Source: Octopus vulgaris (lineage: Eukaryota). From it: a DNA stretch of 64,000 nt. Under the pieces are notes generated by a model. It did not search any database, was not told the DNA's origin, and saw only the letters and a list, made by a program, of their open reading frames with translations. The DNA lies in the NCBI GenBank assembly GCA_951406725.2, contig OX597814.1, forward strand, positions 195,052,001 to 195,116,000, read 5' to 3'. Shown here piece by piece: positions 13,020 through 26,549 of this stretch; within the stretch, counting starts at the first letter, position 1; the number at the start of each line of letters is the position of its first letter. Position numbers and translations under genes: made by a program.

Positions 13020-13560
13020 TCTGAGACCTTTGAAATAATTCGTCTTGCTTCGGACGAAGATTCTTTAATTCGAACACATATCTTTGAGTGGCAGGCATTT
13101 TAAGACGTGTGGATTAAGATGATGCGCGTTCAGGATGTCCAGTTAACTGCAAACCGTAAGAAAATGTGTCGAAAATCCGTGAACTCATCTCTGAGGACAA
13201 TCACCAAATAATTCGTCAACCTTGTCAGTTTTTTTCTCTCACATAACGGGGATCAGCTTTGGCGTCTGGCTGGCGATTAAAAAAAAATTATGGAAAACTT
13301 TCAGGACAACAAAGTTTTTGATAATGAGCAAAGGTGGTCGTTCCACACCTTCCGTACTCGCCTGACCTATCTCTCCGTGACTACCCACAACGAAATTTCA
13401 GCTTAAAGGGCGCCGCTTCGAGACGGCATATAAAATTCAAACGGAACCACAGGCGGTATTGAACAGTGTTCAAGGAGAGGACTTCCGTTTTTAAGGAGTG
13501 AATGACACTGTGTACATTCCAAAGAGGACTATTTTGAAGAGGATGGTTCCTGAATATAAA
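13020..13560 (+). pseudogene. Mariner transposase remnant
   Basis: Fragments IFEW, DDARSG, PHLPYSPDLS (YSPDL motif), LKGRRF and DYFE, with frameshifts. Confidence 0.85.
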
Positions 13561-13807
13561 TAATAAATGAAATACACTATTTTCTAGAGCACTGGTGTAG
13601 ATTTTTAGGCTTGGTCCGGGTACATTGTGATGCCACTTCGCCTGCAGGTTTATATATGTGGATGTATACATCTCTCTCCCACGTCTCAACCAACAGCAAC
13701 TCTCTGCTTGAGTGGTCCATGGTGTCCCGAAATAACTAACTAAAAGACTTTTCTAGGTGGTGCTATTAAGTCAGTCATGGCCTGGGCCGAAAAAGCCGAA
13801 ACCAATC

Positions 13808-13874
<67 letters not shown>

Positions 13875-13892
13875 CTCTCTCTATCTACACAC

Positions 13893-13924
<32 letters not shown>

Positions 13925-13979
13925 GTATGTATATATGTATGTATATATGCATATATATATGTGTGTATATATATGTGTG

Positions 13980-14032
<53 letters not shown>

Positions 14033-15012
14033 TGTTATATTTCAGGATGGTAATTTTTATTTTGGTCAAATAAACACACGCACTATATATTCGTTCTTTA
14101 CTCGTTCTTATTTTACGGATTTTATTTTAACTGATGTCCGTTGTCCGGAAATCTTTTGTCCTACATCTTTTACTTTATCTTTTACTTGTTTCAGTCATTA
14201 GATTGCGGCAATGCTGGAGTACCGCACTGAACAATTTTTAATCGAATGAACTAATCCCAGAACTTATTATTTTTTTTTTAAAGACTACTGCTAATTCTAT
14301 CGGTGTCTTTGGCTGAACTGCTAAGTTACAGGAACGTGAAACCCACCAACACCGGTTGTCAAGCGGTGGCGGGGGACAAACACAGATACGAAGACACACA
14401 CACACACACTGAGCTATACATGTATATACGACGGGCTTCTTTCAGTTTCCGTCTCGCAAATCCGCTCCGAGGCTACAGTAGAAGACACTTGCCCAAGGTG
14501 CTACGTGTTAGGAATTGAACTCAGAACTATGTGGTTGGTAGCAAGCTTCTTACCATAGTGCTACGCTACGCCTACGTCTATGATAGTTTTTCTTAGCAAT
14601 ATTAACAAGGTAGAATCGTTAGCAACGCCAAGCAAAATGCTTAGCGGCATTCCGTCCGTCCTTACGTTCTGACTTCAAATTCCGCTGCGGTCGACTTTGC
14701 TATCATCCTTTCAGAGTCGATAAAATAAGTACGAGTTGAACACTAGAGTCGATGTAATCGACTTAGCCCCTTACTGGCTAAGTTTGAAATCAGTCTTAAC
14801 AATGAATCTGCTCTTATCCCCCCGACTAAGAATTAAAGCAACACAAAGGTGCAGGAGTGACTGTGTGGTAAGTAGCTTGCTTACCAACAACATGGTTCCG
14901 GGTTCATTCCCATTGCGTGGTACTTTGGGTAAGTGTCTTCTACTATAGCCTCGGGACGACCAAAGCCTTGTGAGTGGATTTGGTAGACGGAAACTGAAAG
15001 AAGCCCGTCGAA

Positions 15013-15059
<47 letters not shown>

Positions 15060-16753
15060 ATATGTATGTATGTATGTGTGTGTATATGTTTGTGTGTCTG
15101 TGTTTGTCCCCCCCCAACATCGCTTGACAACCGATGGTGTTGTGTTTGCCTCTTCGTAACTTCGTGGTTCGGGAAAAGAGACCGTATTTCTTTTGCCGTT
15201 ACGTTCTGAGTTCAAATTCCACTGAGGTTGACTTTACCTTTCATCCTTTCGGGGTCGATAAATTATTAAGTACCAGTTACGCACTGGGGTCGATGTAATC
15301 GACTTAATCCGTATGTCTGTCCTTGTTTGTCCCCTCTATGTTTAGCCCCTTGTGGGTAGTAAAGAAATAGAATAAGTCCTGGGGTCGATTTGCTCGACTA
15401 AAGGTGGTGCTCCAGCATGGCCACTGTCAAATGACTGAAACATGTAAAAGAGTAAATTTTGGGTAAAATGACCACATATACCACCAGCCATCTTACTGTC
15501 TGTCACATGTCAAAACTTGTCATTGCCTTTCGATCAGAAATAATTCTTTAGTCCTCCACTTCATCCCATCTTTGACAATACAGTAGATAGGTAGCTGTGG
15601 ATGACTTTTTTTTTTTTTTTTTTGCTTTCTTCTTAGTCATGGCTGTGCACATAGCGAAGAATTTCTTCCCTGTTTGCAAAGATGTGTCACACTGACAACT
15701 TCTTTAATAAAGAAGGAAAAGAAAGAGAAAATGGAACGTGTCAATACTTTTGAAATTTTAAACCTACAAGAGAAAAGATGTCACGCGAATGGTGCGTCTC
15801 GGTCTGTCTGTCCGCCTTTCTCTCTTTCTCTCTTTCTCTTTCTCTTTCACTCTACTTTCCCTCTCTATCTTTCTCTTTCTCTCTCTTTCTTTCTCTCTCT
15901 CTTTCTTTCTCTCTTTCTTTCTTTCTCTCTCTTTCTTTCTCTCTCTCTTTCTCTCCCTCTCTCTTTCTTTCTCTCTCCCCCCCTCTCTCTTTCTATCTTT
16001 CTTTCTTTCTCCCTCCCTCTCTCTTTCTCTCTTTCTTTCTTTCTTTCTTTCTTTTATGTATGTATGTATGTATGTATGTATGTATGTATGTATGCATGTA
16101 TTTATGTATAATATAGATGTACATGGCGGCGATCTGGCAGAAACGTTAGCACGCCGGGCGAAATGCGTACCCGTATTTCGTCTGCCGTTACGTTCTGAGT
16201 TCAAATTCCGCGAGGTCAACTTTGCCTTTCATCCTTTCAGCGTCGATAAATTAAGTACCAGTTACGCATTGGGGTCGATATAATCGTCTTAATCCGTTTG
16301 TCTGTCCTTGTTTGTCCCCTCTGTGTTTAGCCCCTTGTGGGTAGTAAAGAAATAAATATAGATGTACATACACACATATATGGGCGTATGCGTGGTTTCC
16401 CAACCACTTGGTTCCTGGTTTAGCCCCACTGCGTGACACCTTGGGCAAGTGTCTTCTACTATAGCTTCGGATATATGTATGTGTTTGTATGCGTGATTGT
16501 GTGTGTGTGAGCGTGTGTTCGAGGGTATCTTTGTCTTTGTTCATCTCTGACCACCGCTTGACAACTGGTATTGGCGAATTTACGGTAAAAAAAAAAACGA
16601 AAAAAATAAAAGACCTATAAAATAAGTATCAACTTAAAAATAATAACCAGTGTCGATTCATTTAACTAAAAATTCTTCAAGGCGGTGCTCCAGCATGGCC
16701 GCAGTCTAATGACTGAATCAAGTAAAAGATAAAAGATATATATGCACGTCTGT

Positions 16754-16851
<98 letters not shown>

Positions 16852-16859
16852 GTATATGT

Positions 16860-16943
16860 AAATATTTTATAATTATAAACATAATTATAATTAGGGTTCA
16901 CCTAAACCCTTATTATAATTATGTTTATAATTATAAAATATTT
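16860..16943. repeat. AT-rich ~84-bp hairpin
   Basis: AAATATTTTATAATTATAAACATAATTATAAT and its reverse complement flank TAGGGTT-CACCT-AAACCCT. Confidence 0.8.
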
Positions 16944-17710
16944 GTATCATTTTATATATGAAGGTTATTTTAACACACCGATCTACTTGGTGAAATCATT
17001 AATTAATTGATTGATTAATTAATTTAACTAATTAATAAATTTTACCCTTTTATTATTAATTTAAAATTATTATTAATTTAAAATTATATGTATATGTGTA
17101 TATATGTATACATGTATGTATATATGTATATACTTATTAGTGTATATGTATATATTCCTGTATTGTGTATGTCTGTGTGTGCGTGAGTGTGTGTTAAAGT
17201 TTAAGAGTATATATTTCTTTATTGCCCACAAGGGGCTAAACATAGAGGGGACAAGCAAGGACAGGCAAAGAGATTAAGTCAATTATATCGACCCCAGTGC
17301 GAAACTGGTACTTAATTTATCGACCCCGAAAGGATGAAAGGCAAAGTCGACCTCGGCGGAATTTGAACTCAGAACGTAACGACAGACGAAATACCGCTAA
17401 ACATTTCGCCCGGCGCGCTAAGGTTTCTGCCAGCTCGTCGCCTTAAAGTGTAAGAGTATATGTCAAGCGGAATGAAGTAAGACAAACCAGTGACAGACAG
17501 ACTGACTTACAGGTAACTCGTACCTGTCTATATATATCGGTGTCAAACGAAGAAGATGCGATTTCAAGGAGTGGCGCACTATTGTCCTTAATCTCTCGCC
17601 TTCCTCTCCCTCTCACACACACATTCTCTCTGCCTCTCTCCTCCCCCCACTCTCCACTTTTTTTTACACCGACGTGTCAAATAGTGAAATATTGAAACTT
17701 CGATTTATCT

Positions 17711-18126
17711 TATTTCTTTATTGCCCACAAGGGGCTAAACACAGAGGGGACAAACAAGGTCAGACAAACGGATTAAGTAGATTACATAGACCCAGTCCGT
17801 AACTGGTACTTAATTTATCGACCCCGAAATGATGAAAGGCAAAGTCGACCTCGGCGGAATTTGAACTCAGAACGTAAAGACAGACGAAATACGCATTTCT
17901 TTACTACCCACAAGGGGCTAAACACAGAAGGGACAAACAAAGACAGACAAACAGATTAAGTTGATTATATCGATCCCAGTGCGTAACTGGTACTTATTTA
18001 ATCGACCCTGAAAGGATGAAAGGCAAAGTCGACCTCGGTGGAATTTGAACTCAGAACGTAACGGCAGACGAAATACGACCAGGCATTTCGTCCGGCGTGC
18101 TAACGTTTCTGCCAGCTCGCCGCCTT
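17711..18126 (-). mobile_element. SINE family A dimer
   Basis: Two body units plus head; other minus-strand copies at 17213-17444, 19538-19952, 51560-51959. Confidence 0.85.
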
Positions 18127-18158
18127 CGATTTATCTGTCACCAGTATCAATAGCCACA

Positions 18159-18893
18159 GCCGGGCCGCGAAATTTATTTTCCCACGAGAGTTCCTGACCC
18201 CAGTAATGAACTCATTTGCATACAGCCAATCAGAGCTCACCTTGACCTCGTTATCAAGTTAACAGAGGCTGGCATTCAAAATGGCGACCTCCCATTGCCA
18301 AGCGAATCTTGTATTGTACTCTCATTCAGATGCCAATGTCATTGATACTGAACACATACGCTTGTTAGCGATAAGTTTGAATTACTATAGCAATAAATGA
18401 TAATGACTTTGACGAATGTGAATGTACGGAAACTGCTTGTAGGTTTTATAAATGCACATCGATTCATTGATACGAATTATGGACGTGTGTGTATTGTTAA
18501 TGTATCTTTGGTTATTCGAGTGCCACATGTGCATTTCATGTGATCTTCAGCGAAAAACGAGTTTTATTCATTTTATGAGATTTTCTCAATACTATTTCAA
18601 TTTTTTTTTTCACCACACCGGATGTTACCTTCGTCTGTGGACACTGCTCACGGACCTACCTTTCCCATATCAGTCATGAGCGTGCATGCACGCGACGTGG
18701 ACAGCCTTCTTGATCTTCGTTCGCGAAGCCGAGCCATGAAAAATTATACTATTAGTATTAATTATAGATCTATTTATTATAATTACTGTATTTAATTCTA
18801 TGACACTAATCTATAGAGCTCTGATTGGTTGCATTGAAATAAGTTCATAACTGGGATCCGGAACTCTCGTGGGAAAAAAAATCGCAGCCAGGC
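18159..18893. mobile_element. Non-autonomous DNA transposon (MITE) with ~80-bp imperfect TIRs
   Basis: TTTTCCCACGAGAGTTCC..CAGCCAATCAGAGCTC vs GAGCTCTGATTGGTTG..GGAACTCTCGTGGGAAAA. Confidence 0.8.
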
Positions 18894-20315
18894 CCTCATG
18901 ACGTTGTTGACCAATATGAAAGGAAACATATCGAACATGAATTAACATGGGAGAAAGCTTTATGTGATCGATCGACATGTTAGAAACAGCAGTTAAATTT
19001 TAGTGGCGCACCTAGAATGTGTGCAATTCGGGTACTTCTTAAGTTCGCCATCCCGTCTGACCCCCAAATTTATATTGCCTTATACAGCTGACCTAAATGT
19101 GCTGCCCCTATAAAAGTGTCGCAGTGAACTGGCCCCTTGCACCTTGCTAAGGCTCCTGGTTAAAACTTCTCTCAAAACACGTATTGTAATCTTAAATAGG
19201 GAGAAAACTTTTAAAAAATGTAACACTACATATGGCTCGTAAATGTCGTGATAGTCATGGCTGGAATGCCTCTGGTTATAGGTTTTGCTTGTTTCAATCA
19301 TTAGATTGCGGCCATGCTGGGGTACAACTTTGAAAATTTTTTTAATCGAATGAATTAATCCCAGCGCTTTAAAGCCTGCTACTAATTCTGTTAGTGTATT
19401 TTGCTAAACCGTTAAGTTACGGGGACGTAAACACACCAACATCGATTGACAAGCGGTGGTGGGAGACAAACACAGATACAAAGACACACACACACACCTC
19501 GGCAAGATTTTAACTATAAAGAACTGGAAGAAATACCTATTTCTTTACTACCCACAAGGGCTAAACACAGAGGGGACAAACAAGGACAGACAAAGGGATT
19601 AAGTCGATTATATCGACCCCAGTGCGTAACTGGTACTTATTTAATCGACCCCAAAAGAATGAAAGGCAAAGTCGACCTTGGCAGAATTTGAACTCAGAAC
19701 ATAGCGGTAGACGAAATACCTATTTCTTTACTACCCACAATGGGCTAAACACAGAGGGAACAAACAAGGACAGACATAGGTATTAAGTCGATTACATCGA
19801 CCCCAGTTCGTAACTGGTACTTAATTTATCGACCCCGAAAGGATGAAAGGTAAAGTCGACCTCGGCGGAATTTGAACTCACAACGTAACGCAGACGAAAT
19901 ACCGCTACGCATTTCGTCCGGCGTGCTAACGTTTCTGTCAGCTCGCTGCCTTATAAAGAACTGGAAGAAATATCACAAAGCAATTTTCCACACACACACA
20001 TGACGAGCTTCTTTCAGTTTCTGTATACCGAATCCACCCACAAGGCTTTGGTCAGCCCGTGGAAATAGCAGAAGACACTTGTCCAAGGTGCCATGCGGTG
20101 GAACTGGACCTGAAACCATGTGGAGTGTGTAGAAAACAAATCCCAATTTCCCGATTTCCATATCACTGTAGGGTTTGGCAAAAAGTCTTCCAAGTTATTT
20201 GAAATTTTCGACTTCCTCGATTTTTCTTCAATGAGAGAGCGCAAGCTTTCAGTTCTCTCTTGGTTGTAAGACGCATATTATGTTTTAGCAGAGTCGATAT
20301 ACAGTGAGGATTAAT

Positions 20316-20547
20316 AAGGCGGCGAGCTGGCAGAAACGTTAGCACGCCGGGCGAAATGCGTAGCCGTATTTCGTTTGCCGTTACGTTCTGAGTTCAAATT
20401 CCGCCGAGGTCGACTTTGCCTTTCATCCTTTCGGGGTCGATAAAGTCAGTACCAGTTACGCACTGGGGTCGATATAATCGACTTAATCCCTTTGTCTGTC
20501 CTTGTTTGTCCCCTCTATGTTTAGCCCCTTGTGGGCAGTAAAGAAAT
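20316..20547 (+). mobile_element. Full-length SINE family A monomer with ~21-bp TSD
   Basis: ATATACAGTGAGGATTAATAA at 20297-20317 and 20548-20568. Confidence 0.9.
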
Positions 20548-20567
20548 ATATACAGTGAGGATTAATA

Positions 20568-20790
20568 AAGCATGGGGAACACTTAGCTATGGAGAAGATA
20601 CAGAGTCTAATTTTTCGCAAAAAACTAAAATAGACTTCTTTATAGTCGCAGTTGAACCATTGTTAGTGTTTTGTTCGATAACATAGAAGTTTACAACTCT
20701 CATGAAGAAAACTCTAAATGGCGCATATGCTCCAAGCTGCTCTAAACATTTTATGACATCAACACATGACTAACAAAGGGCTGTACTGAG
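20568..20790 (+). pseudogene. RTE-clade LINE remnant (RT C-terminal region)
   Basis: Fragments KAW..KIDFFIVAVEPLLVFCSIT*..KTLNGAY..HMTNKGLY resemble the RTE post-RT motifs. Confidence 0.6.
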
Positions 20791-21800
20791 ACATGAATTA
20801 ATTTAAAGACGATGATTAAAATAAGTCCGCGCACATTAATATTCAACACATTCGTGTACACAAACGTGGAAAACCCCCCTTACTTTATTTTATCGACGTC
20901 GGAAGGGTGAAAGATAAAGCTGACCTCGAAGGGATTTCAACTCAGAACTTGTAGAGCCTGGCAAATGCTGTAAGGCCCTGACGATGTGGCCAATCAGAAG
21001 CCCTTTATAATTACTTTAAAATCGGTACACGGGTTGAAATATGGTGGAGAAGATTAGTCTATTTGATGGACTCTAGTTAGGGTTAGGGATAGGGTACTTG
21101 ACTGGTTCTTTATTTTATTGACCTTGGAGGGAAGGAAGGCAAAGGGGAATTCAAACTCGGAACGTTAAGAGCCGGAAGAAATACCACAAAACATTTTGTC
21201 CGTTTCGCTAATGATTTTGCTAATCTAACACCTTCATAAGTAAGTGTTTTTAATTTAGATAGAATACCTGAAATTTGGGGGTGAATGAAGGTCAGTGAAA
21301 TATATCGACCCCAGTACTTCATTTTATCGACTCCGGAGGGATGAAAGGCAAAGTCGATCTTGGTGTGATTTGAACTCAGAACGTGAAGAATCAGAAGAAA
21401 ATATCGACGCTCCGGTGTCTACCAATCAACCACACTTGAATAATGTTTGTAAATCTATACACGAGATCTATTTCTTTTTGAAATATCGAGTAGGTAGAGA
21501 TAACTTTCGATGTTATATGAGATAAACGTCATGTCTTATAAACACCCATTCTCCTTTGGCTAGAATATCACCGTGCATTCATCTCTTTTTACGTGTTGCC
21601 GTGTATATATAGACACGTTATGCACTCACTGAATACCTCAGCCGTTGCTCCATAGCCTTGCGTTCATCTCTTTTTACTCGTTGCCGTGTACATAGACACG
21701 TTATGCACTTGCTGAATACCTAAGCTACTGTTCTATAACCAACAAGTGCATTTGCTAATGATATGAATGGTGAAAGGAGACGTGAAAATGATAGCAGTGC

Positions 21801-21833
<33 letters not shown>

Positions 21834-22154
21834 GATTAATGAGTATTGTTTAGAGTTGCTGTCTTTGTTGATATTGTTGCTGTAGGCTCGGGACAATCCT
21901 GACAGCTTCCGGCAGATTGAATTTCCTGAAGCTGTCGCCGAGTACAGAACGTGGAGTGATACAATTGTTTACTGCATTTACTGACTTATTTTGTATCAAT
22001 TTTAGAAGGAACAGGCCCACGGCTGTCAGTAAAACGTTAATTGAGAAATCATTTGACCCCAGGTTCGATTCCAATTTTCGGTAAATTAGATAAGTGTACA
22101 TTATTTTTTATTATTTACATTCGACGGATATTTGTCCTCATCTTGTTTGTTGTT

Positions 22155-22200
22155 AATACAATATTTCGGCTGATATACCCTCCAGCCTTCTTCAGGTGTC
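22155..22200 (-). ncRNA. Minimal type-I hammerhead (loopless palindromic stem III)
   Basis: Minus strand: GACAC-CTGAAGA-A-GGCTG-GAGGGTATAT-CAGCC-GAAA-TA-TT|GTATT. Confidence 0.6.
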
Positions 22201-22544
22201 TTGGGGAAATTTCGAACCTGGGTTCTCATTCCTAAGGTATTTTTCGATGTTATTATTATTATTTTTAATGTTCAGGTCACTGCTTGGAATCGAACTCGGA
22301 ATCTTGGGGTTAGTAGCTTGCGCTTTTAACCACTATGCCATATACGTAGTGGTTAAGAGCGCGTAATAATAGATACCCTACAATCTAGATGTATTGCAAA
22401 TGTCGGCATTACTTGGAATTGCACGCATATTGCGAAAAGTACTGTCCATCTGAGGTCCTTTGTGTGACTTGACAAACAGTACAAACCCCCTGTAGACACA
22501 ATATCTTCAATCAACAACCTCACCATATTGTATTGTGCGACGTT

Positions 22545-22597
<53 letters not shown>

Positions 22598-22598
<1 letters not shown>

Positions 22599-22930
22599 TA
22601 TACAATCAAACAGATCAGGTGCTAGAATAAAACAAACCGGACCTAGTGGTGGTGGACAGTATGCACCACATATGCTATATAGTTGATGTTGCATGCTCCT
22701 TTGAAGGAAGATAGATAGATAGATACAACCCTCTTAAGTACGAAATATCCCAGCTATGGAAAATGAAGGTGAAGGTAGTGCCAATTATTGTTGGTTCCTT
22801 GGGGACAGTATCAGAAGGCATCAAGGGAAATATAAAGGAAAATGGAATAAAGTGCCCTGTAGAACTGTTACAAGAGGTTTGCCCCCTTGGCACGGCCAGA
22901 ATAAACAGGAAAGAATTGGATAGCTGAAAA
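22598..22930 (+). pseudogene. R4/NeSL-like non-LTR retrotransposon 3' end (restriction-like endonuclease)
   Basis: [57 protein letters not shown]. Confidence 0.8.
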
Positions 22931-23022
22931 GAACGGATAGCATGGCACCGTAGGCTGCAGGTAGTAAGACCGCTACACATGCAAAATTCCAGGAGCTCCA
23001 ACAAAACCTGTGATAAATAGTA

Positions 23023-23084
<62 letters not shown>

Positions 23085-23185
23085 TATATCAATATATATA
23101 CATACACACATAATCCATCCATCCATCCATCCATCCATCCATCCATCCATCCATCCATCCATCCATACATACATACATACATACA

Positions 23186-23217
<32 letters not shown>

Positions 23218-23439
23218 CACAGTTGTAAATTGTAAATCATAACTGTCACCACTACTACACGAACCTGAAGATTGCATAGTTTAATGCATGAAAGTACTAG
23301 CTCAATCAGAATGGACATTTAATATTCTATCATTTCATTATATGATATTATCTTATATTATTATAAGATTGTAAATAAAATGTGAAAATCAAAGTTGGAA
23401 TTTCTTTGAGTAATATATTCTTCTATACACAACCATACA

Positions 23440-23502
<63 letters not shown>

Positions 23503-23505
23503 ATG

Positions 23506-23547
<42 letters not shown>

Positions 23548-23863
23548 ATCTGTAAATGTAATATCTGACATTCGGTAGCCATGGTAAAACTCCGAGTTTC
23601 GGATGCTGAGGTGGAAATCCACGCTGCCATCTCTTCAGTTATCCGGCTATCGGAAAAATGCTATGAAAAATGGGGTCATTTCTCATAGCATTTTCCCGAT
23701 GGCCGGATAACTGAAGAGATGGCAGCGTGGATTTCCACCTCAGCATCCGAAACTCGGAGTTTTACCATGGCTACCGAAAAATTGTCTCATATTACATTTA
23801 CAGATAAATTCCTCTATTTTCATAATATCGAGGTCTCTTTCATTCTTTTGTTGTCTTACCATT
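23548..23863 (+). mobile_element. Palindromic double-hammerhead element, copy 2
   Basis: Hammerheads at 23583-23643(-) and 23706-23766(+); tail 23780-23863 matches 9418-9491; embedded in (TA)n. Confidence 0.8.
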
Positions 23864-24338
23864 CTTATCAATATATATATATATATGTATACGTACATGC
23901 TTACATATATACATACATGTGTGTGTGTGTGTGTAATCCATGTCTTTGGTTGCAAGATAACTGCACATGTTTGGCTCATGATCATGACACTAACCACTTT
24001 CGAAGATTAAGCCGGATTTTCTGCTTAACCAAGAGTGCCACTTGATTGAAATCTGGATAAAGCAGATTAGGAATAATCACGAAACGTTCTATTGGCCAGG
24101 TTTCTTGTTGTTTTTGTTGTTTTCATTGACCTGCAGAGAGAACTTGAATGAAACCATTGGCATAATATTGGTGAAGGCGTAGGAGTGGCTGTGTGGTAAG
24201 TAGCTTGCTTACGAACCACATAGTTCCGGGTTCAGTCCTACTGCATGGCACCTTAGGCAGGTGTCCTCTACTATAACCTCGGGCCGACCAAAGCCTTGTG
24301 AGTGGATTTGGTAGACGGAAACTGAAAGAAGCCCGTCG

Positions 24339-24370
<32 letters not shown>

Positions 24371-24734
24371 CTAGCAGTATCGCCCGGCGTTGCTCGGGTT
24401 TGTAAGGGAAATAACTATAAAGCATTTTTAGAGAGTTATAGCCAAAAAATAGCAAAAAAATGGAAAAAAAATTATGGTAAATTTTTTTGAGTTAAAAAGG
24501 TCGAGTTGCGTCCCCTAGACAGTCTGTGGTTTGTGTTTCTGATTCTCGACCCCATGTCGAATTTATCGATTTTTTTCAGAACTGGGGGAACTTTTCAAAA
24601 TTTTTGCTGCGTTAGTTTTGAATTATGACATTGGGCTATGTGTGTGTCAAGTTTCATCAGAATCAGTTGAAAGCCGTGGTCAGGGTGAGGGTACAACCTA
24701 ACAGACACACAGACACGCAGACAGACAAACTGCC

Positions 24735-24740
<6 letters not shown>
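24371..24740 (-). mobile_element. Non-autonomous Helitron nested in a family-B SINE
   Basis: Minus-strand 3' end CCCGAGCAACGCCGGG hairpin + CTAG followed by T; the other end lies in (TA)n. Confidence 0.75.
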
Positions 24741-24795
<55 letters not shown>

Positions 24796-25421
24796 GTATG
24801 TGTGTGTATATGTTTGTGTGTCTGTGTGTGTATATGTTTGTGTGTCTGTGTGTGTATATGTTTGTGTGTCTGTGTTTGTCATCCCGCCCCAACATCGCTT
24901 GACAACCGATGCTGGTGTGTTTACGTCCCAGTAACTTAGCGGTTCGGCAAAAAAGGGTCCGATAGAATAAATACTAGGCTTACAAAGAATAAGTCCTGGG
25001 GTCGAGTTGCTCGACTAAAGGCGGTGCTCCAGCATGACCGCAGTCAAATGAGTGAAAGAAGTAAAAGAGTAAAGAGTAGAGAGAGAGGGTGTGGCTTAGA
25101 TGTCAGAGTCTATGGTCATCCATTTCAGATATCGCTGTTGTGTTTCTTGTATTGGCTTGTCAGATAAATTTGTTCGCTTTTGCTTTTCTCTTCGGTTTTC
25201 CATTCATTTATTCATATATTTTCTTATTTCAGTTATATGAGACTGCGGCCATGCTGGAGCTCTGCTTCAAAGAGTTTTAGTTTTAGTTGCAGAAATCGAC
25301 CTCAGGACTTATTTTTTGTATGCCTAGTACTTATTCTATAGGTTTTTTTTTGCCGAACCGCTAAGTTACGGAGGACACAAACACACAAGCACCGGTTGTC
25401 AAGCAATGGCGGACACACACA

Positions 25422-25497
<76 letters not shown>

Positions 25498-26201
25498 CAG
25501 TGGTACTTTGACTTACAAGTGTCCCAACTAATGATGTTCTCGAGATACGAACTGTCTCCCGGCCAATGTTTTGCTTTGAGTTGCGAGCTAAAATTCGGGT
25601 TACGGAGCCAGCTTCAGATACCGCACAGCGAACGCCACAGATAGAATATGCGTGTTTGTCAGCAACATTATGAAATTTCAGAAGAACAGTGCATATTTAG
25701 GAAATATCTCTCAGACAACAGCAAACAAAACCCCGGCGTGCATATGATGCAACCTTGTTGCAGTGGAGCAAGTTTTACTTCCAGCCCCATTTTGCATCTG
25801 TCTTCACAAGAGGGCACAATATTCTAGTAATACGAATTAGACCACAATAAATGGACATAACTTTTTGTAGACCTCTCAAAAACAGATTAGCCTCTTGATT
25901 TGAAATGTGGGTTTAATTTTGGTGCTAAATAAGGACAAGATCTCTTCAGATGAAGCACCTGGCAGGAATGCTGTCCCTCGTGGAGTTTTTAGGTGTTTTC
26001 GCTCAATAAACACTCACAACGCCCAGTGCGGGAATCGAAACCGCGAGTCCGCTGCCCTAACCACTGGGCCACTGCGCCTCCACATATATGCATATATATA
26101 TATATATATATATATATAACAATTGAGGATAAAATCTTTAAAAGACCGCATTGGTACCTCTTAGCGTGTTGGTATCTACGAATAGTAGTACCCTCAATAT
26201 A

Positions 26202-26256
<55 letters not shown>

Positions 26257-26326
26257 TATATATGCGCACACACACACATATATATATGTATATATATGTA
26301 CATATATATATAGTTGTGTATATAAA

Positions 26327-26367
<41 letters not shown>

Positions 26368-26489
26368 GTATATATATGTTTATATACATATATATATATA
26401 TACATATATATATATACATATATACATATATACATATACATATATACATATACATATATACATATACATATATACATATACATATATAC

Positions 26490-26549
<60 letters not shown>

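Noticed and set aside
18510-18560. CTGAAGA-TCACAT-GAAA on the minus strand
   Set aside because: No stem II and no matching stem I; lies inside a TIR element.
21077-21095. TTAGGG telomeric repeats
   Set aside because: Only two to three degenerate units.
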